Assembly: GCA_963815115.1 (NCBI GenBank)
Contig: CAWFFN010000007.1
Coordinates: 768,001-832,000, forward strand
From: an uncultured delta proteobacterium
GTDB taxonomy: Bacteria; Desulfobacterota; Binatia; DP-6
DNA length: 64,000 nucleotides
Direction of reading: 5' to 3'
In this document: positions 41,253 through 51,013 of the stretch, piece by piece
Numbering within the stretch: position 1 is the stretch's first letter
Layout of the letters: the number at the start of each line of letters is the position of its first letter
The notes under the pieces: model-generated
The model's database searches: none
Seen by the model: only the letters and a program-made list of their open reading frames with translations
What the model was told of the DNA's origin: nothing
Program-made: the position numbers and the translations under genes

Positions 41253-41986
41253 GGTGTGGCGTCTCCCACCGCATCCGCCGCCTGGAGCGCCGTCGCCTCG
41301 AGCGCGGCCTCGACGGCGGCGAGCGTCTCCGGACCGTCCGTGCGCTCGACCTGGATCGGCGCGCTCAGGCTGAGAACCACCCGGCCGAACGGCCGCGGAA
41401 CCATGAGCCGGTCCCAGGTCCGGAGCCGCCGCACCGGCGCGGCCGCGATGCCGATCGCAACCACCGGGGTGTGGGTGGCGCGTGCCAGCTGCACCACGCC
41501 CTCCTGGGCGCGATGGCGCGGACCTCGCGGCCCGTCCGGGATGACGACCAGGTCCTCCCCGCGCGCGTGCGCCGCGAGCAGGCCGCGCACGGCGCCCCGC
41601 CAGCCGCGCGTCGCCGATCCGCGGCTCGCCATCACCCCGAAGCGACGCACGGCCTGGGCGGCGACCTCGCCGTCCCGGTGCCAGCTGAGCACGACGCGCG
41701 GCCGGAGGATCGGGTGCACCCGGACCTTCATCAGCGGGAGCAGGAGTATCCCGTCGTGCCACGTCGCCCACACCACTCGCGCGCCGCGCGCATGCGCGTC
41801 GAGCACGCCATGCGGGTCGAGCCAGCGCACCCGGAGCGTGGCGTACACCGCCCGCAGCACCGCGGCGATCGCCCAGCCGCCGACGCCGACCAGCGCCCGA
41901 TCGCGCCACGTCCAGTGCCGCCGGAACGGCGAATCCTCCGCCTCGGCGGCGTCGCGAGCCGCGCGCGAGCTCGCCATCGCGGTCAC
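41249..41986 (-). CDS. DUF374 acyltransferase (LpxJ-like late lipid A acyltransferase)
   Basis: WH, SWHRDGE, RGSATRG, PDGPRGP, WDRLMVPRPF; lies between msbA and waaA. Confidence 0.85.
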   Translation of the reverse strand: MTAMASSRAARDAAEAEDSPFRRHWTWRDRALVGVGGWAIAAVLRAVYATLRVRWLDPHGVLDAHARGARVVWATWHDGILLLPLMKVRVHPILRPRVVLSWHRDGEVAAQAVRRFGVMASRGSATRGWRGAVRGLLAAHARGEDLVVIPDGPRGPRHRAQEGVVQLARATHTPVVAIGIAAAPVRRLRTWDRLMVPRPFGRVVLSLSAPIQVERTDGPETLAAVEAALEATALQAADAVGDATP

Positions 41987-42005
41987 CGGGCCGGCTGCCC
42001 CACCG

Positions 42006-43775
42006 TCACCCGACCCGTCCCGCTACCGGGGCCACGACACCCTCTCCGCCCAGGTCGAGCTCGCCGAACTGCAGGTCGTAGAGCTTGCGGTACTCGCGGC
42101 CGCGCGCCATCAGCTCGTCGTGGGTGCCGCTCTCGACGATCTGCCCGTGCGACACCACGACAATGCGATCGGCCCGGCGAATGGTCGACAGGCGATGCGC
42201 CACCACCAGCGTCGTGCGATCGACCATGAGACGCTCGAGGGCCTCCTGCACGAGCCCTTCGGACTCCGTGTCGAGGGCCGAGGTCGCCTCGTCGAGAATC
42301 AGGATCGGGGCGTTCTTGAGGATGGCCCGCGCGATGGCCAGCCGCTGGCGCTGCCCGCCCGAGAGCCGCACCCCGAGATCGCCCACGAAGGTGTCGTAGC
42401 CCTTCGGCAGCGCCGTGATGAACCCGTGCGCGTTGGCCGCCCGCGCCGCGTCCATGATCGCGTCCAGGTCGGCGCCGTCGCTGCCGTAGGCAATGTTGGC
42501 GCGCACCGTGTCGTTGAACAGGAAGGTGAATTGCGCCACCACCGCCACGCGGGCGCGCAGGCTGTGCAGCGTGAGATCCCGGATGTCCACGCCGTCCACC
42601 GTGATGCGGCCCCGGGTGACGTCGTAGAGACGGGGGATGAGATCCGAGATGGTGCTCTTGCCGCCCCCGCTCATGCCGACCAGGGCCACCACCTTGCCCG
42701 CCGGGATGCGCAGGCTGATGCCGCGCAGTACCGGAGTGCCGGTCTCGTACTCGAACCACACGTCCTCGAAGGCGATGCCCGCACGGACCGCCGATAGGGT
42801 CGTGGCACCGGGTCGATCGACCACCTCGGGCTTGATGTCCATGAGAGCGAAGACGCGCTCCGCGCCCGCGATGCCCTGCTGGATCGTGTAGTTCGTCTTG
42901 ACCAGCTTCTTGAAGGGCTCGAAGAGCAGCACCACGGCCGCCACGAAGGCGGCGAAGCTCGCTCCCGCCTCCCGGGGGTTCGCGATGAAGCGCGCCCCGC
43001 CGTACCAGATGATGGCGGCGAGGGCGGGCGCGGCCAGCAGATCCGTCAGGGGCAACGAGCGCACGCGGCTGCTGCGCATGAACAGCCGGAAGATGCGCTC
43101 GTCCTGGTCATGGAATCGCCCCGCCTCGTAGCCCTCCTGTCCGAACAGCTTGACGACGCGGTTGCCCTGCACGTTCTCGTGCAGCATGGCGTTCAAGCGC
43201 GCCGCCGCCTCCTGCTGGCGGCGGCTGTTCTGGCGCTGCGACCTCGAGAACATGCGCAGGGGAAGCGCCGCCGCCGGGAACACCAGCACCGCGACCAGGG
43301 CCAGCATCCAGTTCATGTAGAAGGCGCCGGCGACCAGACCGATGAGGGTGGTGGTGTCCTGGAAGATGGACCGCACGGCGTCGGTGACCGAGCTGCGGAC
43401 CAGGGTCACGTCGGCCGTCACCCGCGACACGATCTGGCCCGCGCGCTGCCGGTTGAAGAACGCCAGGTCGAGCTTCTGCAGGTGCGTCGTGAGCTCGTTG
43501 CGCATGTTGGTGACGACGCGCTGCCCCACCCAGTCGTTCAGGTAGCCCGCGACGAACCCCACGCCACCGCGGAGCAGCGACAAGCCGAGCGCGAGGCCCG
43601 CGAGCCGGGGGAGCGCCTGGGGCTGCTGGCTGCCGAGCTGATCGATGAGGAACTTGATCAGGAACGGCACACTGCTCTCGATGGCGCTGAACGCGAGCAT
43701 GAAGGCGATCGCGAGCACACCGTACGGCCAGATCAGCGGCGCGAGATAGCGCAGCATGCGCCGGTAGGTGCTCAT
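42006..43775 (-). CDS. msbA: lipid A flippase ABC transporter
   Basis: TMD plus NBD (GMSGGGKST, LSGGQRQ, LDEATS); lipid A context. Confidence 0.9.
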   Translation of the reverse strand: MSTYRRMLRYLAPLIWPYGVLAIAFMLAFSAIESSVPFLIKFLIDQLGSQQPQALPRLAGLALGLSLLRGGVGFVAGYLNDWVGQRVVTNMRNELTTHLQKLDLAFFNRQRAGQIVSRVTADVTLVRSSVTDAVRSIFQDTTTLIGLVAGAFYMNWMLALVAVLVFPAAALPLRMFSRSQRQNSRRQQEAAARLNAMLHENVQGNRVVKLFGQEGYEAGRFHDQDERIFRLFMRSSRVRSLPLTDLLAAPALAAIIWYGGARFIANPREAGASFAAFVAAVVLLFEPFKKLVKTNYTIQQGIAGAERVFALMDIKPEVVDRPGATTLSAVRAGIAFEDVWFEYETGTPVLRGISLRIPAGKVVALVGMSGGGKSTISDLIPRLYDVTRGRITVDGVDIRDLTLHSLRARVAVVAQFTFLFNDTVRANIAYGSDGADLDAIMDAARAANAHGFITALPKGYDTFVGDLGVRLSGGQRQRLAIARAILKNAPILILDEATSALDTESEGLVQEALERLMVDRTTLVVAHRLSTIRRADRIVVVSHGQIVESGTHDELMARGREYRKLYDLQFGELDLGGEGVVAPVAGRVG

Positions 43776-44959
43776 CGCGCCTCCGCCCCCATCAGCTCGG
43801 CGGCGATCGCCGCCGCGCGCGTGGCGGCCCCGCCGCGGCCGAGCGCGCGACGGACGTCGCGCAGCCCCGCCCGGATGGCACCTTGCCGCGCCGGATCCTC
43901 GAGGATGGCCTGCGCCGCGGCCGCGATGCGCGGACCCGTCGCCTCCCGCTGGAGCAGCTCCGGCACCACCAGGCGGCCGGCGACGATGTTCGGCATCCCG
44001 ACGTGCCGCACGCCGCGCACCAGCAATCGACCGAGCGCGAAGGTCACGGGGGAGAGGCGATAGACGATGACCATCGGGCACTCGAGGAGCGCGCACTCGA
44101 GCGTCGCCGTTCCGGAGGTGACGAGCGCGATGTCCGACGCGGCGATCAGGTTGTAGAGGTCGCCGCCGATCACCGGCACGGGCACGCCGGCGTGGCGCAC
44201 CCGCGCTTCCACGTCCGCCCGATCGAGCGTGTGGGCGAGGCCGAGCGGAAACTGGTAGCGGCCGGTGCCCGCCAGCTCGCGGACCGCGGCGAGCAGCCGC
44301 GGCAGGATGTAGTCGATCTCCTTGGCCCGGCTGCCTGGCAGCAGCAGCACCGTGGGGCGCTCCGGGTCGAGCCCGTGCAGGCGCAGCGTCTCCTCGCGGC
44401 TGCGGGTCGCCATGGTGCGATCGAGCAGCGGGTGACCGACGAACTCCACCCCGGCCAGCCGGCCGGCGTACAGCCCGGGCTCGAACGGGAACACCACCGC
44501 GAGGCGGTCGACGAGCCGCGCGATCTGCCGCACGCGGCCGCGCCGCCACGCCCAGACCTGGGGCCCGATGTAGTAGAGGACGGGAACGCCCGCGCGCTTC
44601 GCCACCCGGGCCAGCCGGAGGTTGAACTCCGGGAAGTCGATCAGCACGCAGAGGTCGGGCCGGCGCTCGCGCAGGCGGCGCGCCAGGGCACGGTAGACGC
44701 GCACGAGGGTGCGCAGCCGTCCCACGCCCTCGAGGACGCCCACGGTCGCGACCTCGCCGGCGTCCGCCACGGTGTGCATGCCCGCGGCCCGCAGCCGTTC
44801 GCCGCCCAGCCCGAACACCTCGACGTCCGGCAGCCGCGCTCGGAGGGCGTCCAGGAGGTCGGCCCCGTGGAGGTCACCCGAGGCCTCCCCGGCGACCAGC
44901 AGCACGCGACGCGGCGGAGAGACGCTCAGCGCCTGCGACCCTTCCACGGAGCTCGTCAT
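43772..44959 (-). CDS. lpxB: lipid-A-disaccharide synthase
   Basis: AGEASGD, IDFPEFN, PQVWAWR, LPGSR, SGTATLE. Confidence 0.96.
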   Translation of the reverse strand: MTSSVEGSQALSVSPPRRVLLVAGEASGDLHGADLLDALRARLPDVEVFGLGGERLRAAGMHTVADAGEVATVGVLEGVGRLRTLVRVYRALARRLRERRPDLCVLIDFPEFNLRLARVAKRAGVPVLYYIGPQVWAWRRGRVRQIARLVDRLAVVFPFEPGLYAGRLAGVEFVGHPLLDRTMATRSREETLRLHGLDPERPTVLLLPGSRAKEIDYILPRLLAAVRELAGTGRYQFPLGLAHTLDRADVEARVRHAGVPVPVIGGDLYNLIAASDIALVTSGTATLECALLECPMVIVYRLSPVTFALGRLLVRGVRHVGMPNIVAGRLVVPELLQREATGPRIAAAAQAILEDPARQGAIRAGLRDVRRALGRGGAATRAAAIAAELMGAEAR

Positions 44960-45921
44960 CCTCCGCGGGCGGCCTGCGCCGCACGCACCTCCATCTCGAC
45001 GCTCTCGCGAATGACGTGCGCGACCTCGAGGGCGCGCAGGCCGTCCCAGCCGGTGACGGGAGGCGACTCCCGGGCCCGCACGGCCTGGACGAAGGCATCG
45101 ATCTCCTCGCGGAGCGCGTCGCCCTCCCGGACCTCCAGATCCTCCATGGTGAGCGACGGGTGTCCGTTGCCGTCCGGCTCGCGCCTGCAGACCCGGACCC
45201 GGCGCTCGTCGAAGTCGAGCGAGAAGTAGGCGTCGGGCTGGAAGATGCGCAGCTTGCGCTCCCGCTTGAGCGAGACGCGGCTCGCGGTCACGTTCGCGAT
45301 GCAGCCGTTGGCGAAGCGCAGCCGGGCGTTGGCGATGTCGACCGACGGCGTCAGCACCGGCACGCCCACCGCCTCGATCGCGCGCACCGGCGACGCGACC
45401 ATGCTGAGGATCAGGTCGAGATCGTGGATCATGAGATCCAGGACCACGTCGACGTCCGTGCCGCGCTCGCCGAACTGGGCCAGTCGCTGGCACTCGATGA
45501 AGCGTGGCTCCGTCACCCGCCCACCGAGCGCGCGTATGGCGGGGTTGAAGCGCTCGAGATGGCCCACCTGCAACACGCGGCCGCCGCGCACCGCGAGCTC
45601 CAGGAGCGCCTTGCCGTCCTCGATCGTGGTGGTGAGCGGCTTCTCCACCAGGACGTCCACGCCGGCCTCGAGCAGATCGCGCGCCACCCGGTGGTGCAGC
45701 GGGGTCGGTACCGCCACGCTCGCGCAGTCGACCCGACCGGCGAGGGCGTGGTGATCCGTCAGCGCCGGCACGCCCAGCGCCTCGCCCACGGCCCGCGCGC
45801 GCGACCCGTCGATGTCGACGACCGCGGCGAGCTCGACGCCGGGATGAGCCGCGTACTTCTCGGCGTGAAAGCGCCCGAGGTGCCCCACGCCCACGACCGC
45901 CGCTCGAAGCCGCGCACTCAT
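44956..45921 (-). CDS. Gfo/Idh/MocA oxidoreductase, GnnA-like (UDP-GlcNAc 3-dehydrogenase)
   Basis: GVGHLG, EKP, GHLERFNP, DLMIHD; positioned between lpxI and lpxB. Confidence 0.85.
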   Translation of the reverse strand: MSARLRAAVVGVGHLGRFHAEKYAAHPGVELAAVVDIDGSRARAVGEALGVPALTDHHALAGRVDCASVAVPTPLHHRVARDLLEAGVDVLVEKPLTTTIEDGKALLELAVRGGRVLQVGHLERFNPAIRALGGRVTEPRFIECQRLAQFGERGTDVDVVLDLMIHDLDLILSMVASPVRAIEAVGVPVLTPSVDIANARLRFANGCIANVTASRVSLKRERKLRIFQPDAYFSLDFDERRVRVCRREPDGNGHPSLTMEDLEVREGDALREEIDAFVQAVRARESPPVTGWDGLRALEVAHVIRESVEMEVRAAQAARGG

Positions 45922-46739
45922 GCCAGTGCCCCCGTTCCGTCCACCGCCACCACGGTGATGTCCGACTTGTCTGCCAGCTCCAGCATCTCCTGCCGGTCCA
46001 GGATGATCGTGCGCCCGGCCTCGATGCCGAGCGCGCGCCCCCGTACCTCGGCGATCGCACGGATCGTCTCCGGGCCGACCGCGGGCAGATCGAAGCGCAG
46101 GTCCTGCGTCGGCTTGCAGGCCTTCACGACCACGATGTCGCCGTTCACCAGCTGGCCGGCGCGCCGGATCGTGGCATCGGTGCCCTCGATCCCCTCCACC
46201 GCGACGACGGCGCTCCCGCGCACGACGACGCTCTGCCCGATGTCGAACTGCCCGATCACCTTGGCGGCGCGGAAGCCGAAGTGGATGTCGGCCCATTCCT
46301 CGGGAGTCGGCGCCCGGGCGGACAGGACTCCCGCGCTGGGCACGATCTCCTGCAGGTAGAGCGTCGACTCGACGATCCGGATGCCCTCGCTCTCGAGCTC
46401 GAGCGCGAGGGCGCGCAGCAGGACGTCGTCGCGCAGCGTGCCGCAGCGCGCGATGACCGCCATCGCCCGCGCGTCGGGCCTGAACTCCCGGAACAGGCGC
46501 GGCTTGGCGATGCCGCCCACCATGACGGCCCGGGCCACCCCGGCCTCCTTCAGCGCGCGGATCAACGCCTCGAGCTGGCCGGCCTGCACCCACGTGATCG
46601 CCTCGACCACCTCGCTGAGCGCCTCGGCGGTCTCTCCGAGATGGGCGACGGCGACCACCGCGACGCCGCGCCGGCGCGCAGTCTCCGCGAAGAGCACGGG
46701 GAAGCGGCCGCTGCCGGCGATGAGTCCGACGCGCTCCAT
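45918..46739 (-). CDS. lpxI: UDP-2,3-diacylglucosamine diphosphatase
   Basis: GLIAGSGRFP, DIGQ, AVEGIEGTD, QDLRFDLPAVG. Confidence 0.94.
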   Translation of the reverse strand: MERVGLIAGSGRFPVLFAETARRRGVAVVAVAHLGETAEALSEVVEAITWVQAGQLEALIRALKEAGVARAVMVGGIAKPRLFREFRPDARAMAVIARCGTLRDDVLLRALALELESEGIRIVESTLYLQEIVPSAGVLSARAPTPEEWADIHFGFRAAKVIGQFDIGQSVVVRGSAVVAVEGIEGTDATIRRAGQLVNGDIVVVKACKPTQDLRFDLPAVGPETIRAIAEVRGRALGIEAGRTIILDRQEMLELADKSDITVVAVDGTGALA

Positions 46740-46743
46740 CGTT

Positions 46744-47907
46744 CTACCGGCAGATGCCGCGCGGCGAGTCCGCGATGAAGGCGAGCAGCCGCTCGACCTC
46801 GGGCACCTCGCCGAGGCGCGCGCGGACCTGTCCCACCCCTTCTCGGCGCGAGCGACCTCCGTGAAACAGCATGCGGTAGGCGCGGCGAAGTGCCTGGATC
46901 GTGGCCACCGACATCCCCCGGCGGCGCAGGCCGATCGTGTTCAGGCCGAAGAGCCGCGCCCGATCACCGGCCACGACGCAGAACGGCGGCACGTCCTTCG
47001 AGACCATCGCCCCGGCCGCACACAGGGACGACTCTCCGAGCCGCACGAACTGGTGCACGCCCGCGAGCCCGCCGACGATGGCATGGCTCGCGACCGTCAC
47101 GTGCCCGCCGAGCGCCACGCCGTTGGCGAGAATCACGGAATCCTCCAGGCTGCAGTCGTGAGCCACGTGTGAGGACACCATGAAGAGGCAGCCGCTTCCG
47201 ATGCGGGTCTCCATGCCGCCTCCCTCGGTGCCGGGATTGAGGGAGACGTACTCGCGCACGATGTTGGCGTCGCCCAGGACCAGCCGGCTCGGCTCGCCGC
47301 GATACTTGAGATCCTGCGGCACGCCGCCGACGCTCGCGAACGAGAAGATCCGGTTGCGCTCCCCGACGGTCGTCACGCCGTCCACCACGGCATGCGACCC
47401 GACCCAGGTCCCTCGACCGAGGCTCACGCGCGGTCCGATCACCGCGTAGGGGCCGATCCGCACGCCGTCCGCCAGCTCGGCGAGCCGCGCGACGACCGCC
47501 GTCGGATGCACCTGCGGCCCGCGCGGTGTGCTCATCGCGAACTCGACCTCGGCGACCACCGCCTCGCCGAGCGCGACCACCCCCCGGAAGCGCCAGCCGG
47601 GACCCCGGCTGAGCGCGGAGACCTCGAGCCGGAGCGCATCGCCAGGGATGACCGGGCGCCGGAACCGCGCTCGCTGCACGCCGGCGAGGCTCACGCTGCC
47701 GTCATCGGCGGCCACCGCCGCCCCGAGCTGCGCCAGGGCCTCGCACAGCAGGACGCCCGGCACCACCGGGACGCCGGGGAAGTGTCCCGCGAAGTACGGC
47801 TCGTTGGCGCTGACGAGCTTCGCCCCGACGGCCCGGACGCCAGGCTCCACCTCGATCACCTGATCGAGGAGGGGGTACGGGAAGGTCTGGCTGGCGGGGG
47901 GGGGGAT
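46744..47907 (-). CDS. FabZ-LpxA fusion protein (start probably ATC at 47907; alternative GTG at 47859)
   Basis: FabZ motifs FPYPLLD, GHFPG, EALAQ, RFRRPVIPGD run in frame into LpxA motifs VHPTA, PQDLKY, SHVAHDC, HQF, GLNTIGLRR. Confidence 0.88.
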   Translation of the reverse strand: MPPPASQTFPYPLLDQVIEVEPGVRAVGAKLVSANEPYFAGHFPGVPVVPGVLLCEALAQLGAAVAADDGSVSLAGVQRARFRRPVIPGDALRLEVSALSRGPGWRFRGVVALGEAVVAEVEFAMSTPRGPQVHPTAVVARLAELADGVRIGPYAVIGPRVSLGRGTWVGSHAVVDGVTTVGERNRIFSFASVGGVPQDLKYRGEPSRLVLGDANIVREYVSLNPGTEGGGMETRIGSGCLFMVSSHVAHDCSLEDSVILANGVALGGHVTVASHAIVGGLAGVHQFVRLGESSLCAAGAMVSKDVPPFCVVAGDRARLFGLNTIGLRRRGMSVATIQALRRAYRMLFHGGRSRREGVGQVRARLGEVPEVERLLAFIADSPRGICR

Positions 47908-47920
47908 GAGAGCCTACTCC

Positions 47921-48544
47921 TTAGTCCTTGTCCTTGTTGTCCTTGAGGCCCGGGAGCTGGAGCTGGGGCTGGGGCTGGGCCTGGGGCTTGGCCGGGGCCT
48001 TCGCACCGGGCGAGCTGTTGTGGATCTTGACGATGGCGTCCGTGATGTCCAGCGCCTTGTCGGCATAGAGGAGCCCGCTGCTCGCCTCCAGGATCAGGGT
48101 GTATCCCTGCTGCTTCCCGTATTCGCTCACGATGCCGTAGAGCTGCTCGACGATCCCGGACGTCAGCTCGGCGTCGGTCCGCTTGAGGTCGCGCTGCATG
48201 TCCTCGTACTTGCGCTTGAAGTCGAGGGTCCGGTTCTCGAGCTCGCGCTCCCGATCGCGGCGGTCGTCTTCCTTGAGGAGGATGGACTTCTTCTCGAACT
48301 CGTCACGCGCCTTGTCGAGATCGTCGCGCTCCTTCTTGAGCTCGTTCTGCGCCTTGTCGAACTTGCCGCGGACCTGATCCTTGGCCTTCTTGCCCGCGTC
48401 GCATTCGTTCAGCGCGCGCTGCATGTCCACCACCGCCACGCGCATCTCCGCCCGGGCGGCCGTGGCGAAGGCCAGGGCCGCGACGCTCGCGATCACGAGC
48501 AGCCGGCTCGCGCGGTTGTGCTGGATCCGATGACCGATGTGCAT
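47921..48544 (-). CDS. skp: periplasmic chaperone Skp/OmpH
   Basis: Signal peptide, VAVVDMQRAL, coiled coil, DITD; follows bamA. Confidence 0.9.
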   Translation of the reverse strand: MHIGHRIQHNRASRLLVIASVAALAFATAARAEMRVAVVDMQRALNECDAGKKAKDQVRGKFDKAQNELKKERDDLDKARDEFEKKSILLKEDDRRDRERELENRTLDFKRKYEDMQRDLKRTDAELTSGIVEQLYGIVSEYGKQQGYTLILEASSGLLYADKALDITDAIVKIHNSSPGAKAPAKPQAQPQPQLQLPGLKDNKDKD

Positions 48545-48571
48545 CCTCCACCCCTTGTCGTACGCGATGGT

Positions 48572-51013
48572 TCAGAATTGGAACGGTCCGCCGAACGAGA
48601 AGCCGATCAGCTGCTTCTGGTCGTGCTCCTGGGTGTTGAACGGAAAGCCGAGCTCCACCCGCAGCGGTCCGAGCGGTGACAGCCAGCGCACGCCCCCGCC
48701 CGCCGCGTAGCGCGCGTCGTCGATGATGTTGTTCTGGTCGCCACCGTAGGCGTTGCCGGCGTCGACGAAGAGCACGCCCTTCAGCCCGATGCCCTGCACG
48801 AGCGGGAAGATGACCTCGTTGTTGAGAATGATCTGCGAGGTGCCGCCCACCGGCGTGGTCGAGAAGACCTGGCCGCGCGTGTTCTTCTTCGACTGGAAGG
48901 GGCCCAGGGTGCGCGGCTCGAAGCCGCGGATCGAGTTGATGCCGCCCGGGAAGTAGCGCTCGAAGAGCGGCAGCTCGTCGTGGTTGACGCCGGTATCGCC
49001 GGTGCCGTAGGCGACGTCCGCGCCGAACGAGTAGGTGAAGTCCCCGAAGGTCTTCGAGCGCAGGAAGGTGTAGTACCAGCGCTCGCGCGCCTCGGCCTTC
49101 AAGAATTGCTCTCCCCCCAGACCGGCCACCTCGACCGACAGGTCCTGCGCCGAGCCGGCGGTGGGATCGAAGTAGTTGTTGAGGGTGTTGCGCGAGATGC
49201 GCGGCGTGATGCTGCTGATCAGGCTCGTGCCCTCCGCCTCGCGGATGTCCACCGGCGCATCGAAGCCGATGTCGCTGATGGTCGCCCGCTCGAGGCGATA
49301 GTCGGCGCCGATGCGGAGCTCCTCGAGCGGGATGCCCCACAGCGTGTCCCACCCGAACGCGGTGACCGGGTAGGTGACCTGGACGCTGCCGCCGGTGCCC
49401 GTGCGCGAGAACTCCTCGAAGCGCAGGCGCCAGCTGAAGGCGTCGAAGCCGAGCGTCAGGGGGGTGCCGCGGAAGTACGGCTCGGTGAACGACAGGATGA
49501 TGTTGCGTCGCACCGAGCCCACGTCGCCGTTCAGGACGAGCCGCTGCCCGCGTCCGAACAGGTTGTTCTCCTGGATGCGGACGTTGAACAGCAGGCTGTC
49601 CGCCGAGCTGAAGCCCGCCCCGGCGCTGAACGACCCGGTCTGCGCTTCCTTCACGTCGACGACCACGTCCATGCGATCCTCGGCCGCGGCGCTCTTGCGA
49701 GTGGTGACGTTCACCTCCGAGAAGAATCCGAGCCGCTGGATGGCTTCCCGGCTCTTGCGCAGCTTCGTGGCGGAGAACAGCTCCTGCTCCTGAAGGCGCA
49801 TCTCGCGCCGCACGACGTAGTCGCGTGTCTTCGAATTGCCGGTGACCTCGATGCGGTCGACCGTGACGGGCTTGCCGCGCTCGACCTGGAACGTGACGTT
49901 GACGACCTTCTCTTCGGGATCGACCTCGGTGGCCGGATCGATGTTGGCGAACGCGAAGCCGCCCTCGGAGAGATCCTCGGTCAGCCGCTGCACGTCGTCG
50001 CGCAGCGCGCTGGCGCTGAACACCTCGCCCGGCCTGGTCGCGAGGTCCGGCGGGAGCTTCTCCTGTGCCTCGGGGAGATCCTTGCCGGCGATCGCCACCT
50101 TGCCGATCTTGAACTCGTCTCCCTCGTCGATCTTGAAGACGACGACCAGGCCGTCTTCCCGGCGCTCGACCTTGGGCTCGTCGATGCGCACGGTGACGTA
50201 GCCGTGGTCGTAGTACCACGCGGTCAGCCGCTCGACGTCGGTGCGCAGCACGTCCTTGTTCAGGTTGCCCGCGCCCGTGAACGGAGTGAGTATCCACGCC
50301 TCCTTCGTCTGCAGCAGGCCACGCAGCTTGCGGCTGGAGAACGCCTCGTTGCCCTCGAACTCGATGTCCTTCACCCGCACCGGCTCCGATTCGCTCACCG
50401 TGTACCGGACGTCGATCTCGTTCTCGCCGACGGGGACGGTGTCGTAGGTGATCTTCGCGTCCAGGTAGCCCTTGTCCGCGTAGAGCTTCTTGGCGGCGTC
50501 GATTCCCTGCCGGGCCTTCTCCGGATCGAGGATGGTGTGCGGCCGGATGCGCAGCGCGCCTTCGATCTCCTCTTTCTTGAGCTTCTCGTTGCCCTCGACG
50601 GTGACGTTGCGCACCAGCGGCCGCTCGCTCACCCTGAAGGTCACGGTGACGCCCTTGGGCGACGGAGTCACCTCCGCGTTCACCTGGTCGAAGAAGCCCA
50701 TGCCGTAGATCGCGCGAATGTCCTTGTCGACGTTTTCCTGGTCGAAGGGCTGTCCTTGCTGGGTCTGGAGGTGAACCCGGATCGCGTCCTCCTCGACGCG
50801 GATGTTGCCCTCGATCGCCACCTTGCTGACCGTTCGGGTCTCGCCGGGGCTCGTCGTGCGCGTCGGCGGCAGGAGCCGGGGCTCGGTCGACGGCTCGTCC
50901 TCCTGAGCCACTACCACCCGCGCCACCAGGCCGAGCGCCAGGGCCAGCATCGGCACCGCGAGCCACAACCTCCGCATCGCCCCCACCCCCGTCACCCCGC
51001 CTCCTCGGCTCAT
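48572..51013 (-). CDS. bamA: outer membrane assembly factor BamA (alternative start at 50977)
   Basis: POTRA repeats, FTEPYF, GGINSIRGF, SPLGPLR, terminal Phe. Confidence 0.96.
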   Translation of the reverse strand: MSRGGGVTGVGAMRRLWLAVPMLALALGLVARVVVAQEDEPSTEPRLLPPTRTTSPGETRTVSKVAIEGNIRVEEDAIRVHLQTQQGQPFDQENVDKDIRAIYGMGFFDQVNAEVTPSPKGVTVTFRVSERPLVRNVTVEGNEKLKKEEIEGALRIRPHTILDPEKARQGIDAAKKLYADKGYLDAKITYDTVPVGENEIDVRYTVSESEPVRVKDIEFEGNEAFSSRKLRGLLQTKEAWILTPFTGAGNLNKDVLRTDVERLTAWYYDHGYVTVRIDEPKVERREDGLVVVFKIDEGDEFKIGKVAIAGKDLPEAQEKLPPDLATRPGEVFSASALRDDVQRLTEDLSEGGFAFANIDPATEVDPEEKVVNVTFQVERGKPVTVDRIEVTGNSKTRDYVVRREMRLQEQELFSATKLRKSREAIQRLGFFSEVNVTTRKSAAAEDRMDVVVDVKEAQTGSFSAGAGFSSADSLLFNVRIQENNLFGRGQRLVLNGDVGSVRRNIILSFTEPYFRGTPLTLGFDAFSWRLRFEEFSRTGTGGSVQVTYPVTAFGWDTLWGIPLEELRIGADYRLERATISDIGFDAPVDIREAEGTSLISSITPRISRNTLNNYFDPTAGSAQDLSVEVAGLGGEQFLKAEARERWYYTFLRSKTFGDFTYSFGADVAYGTGDTGVNHDELPLFERYFPGGINSIRGFEPRTLGPFQSKKNTRGQVFSTTPVGGTSQIILNNEVIFPLVQGIGLKGVLFVDAGNAYGGDQNNIIDDARYAAGGGVRWLSPLGPLRVELGFPFNTQEHDQKQLIGFSFGGPFQF

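Noticed and set aside
47950-48000. Hexamer-like GGCTGG repeats
   Set aside because: They encode the PQAQPQPQLQ low-complexity tail of Skp; not a CRISPR or independent repeat.
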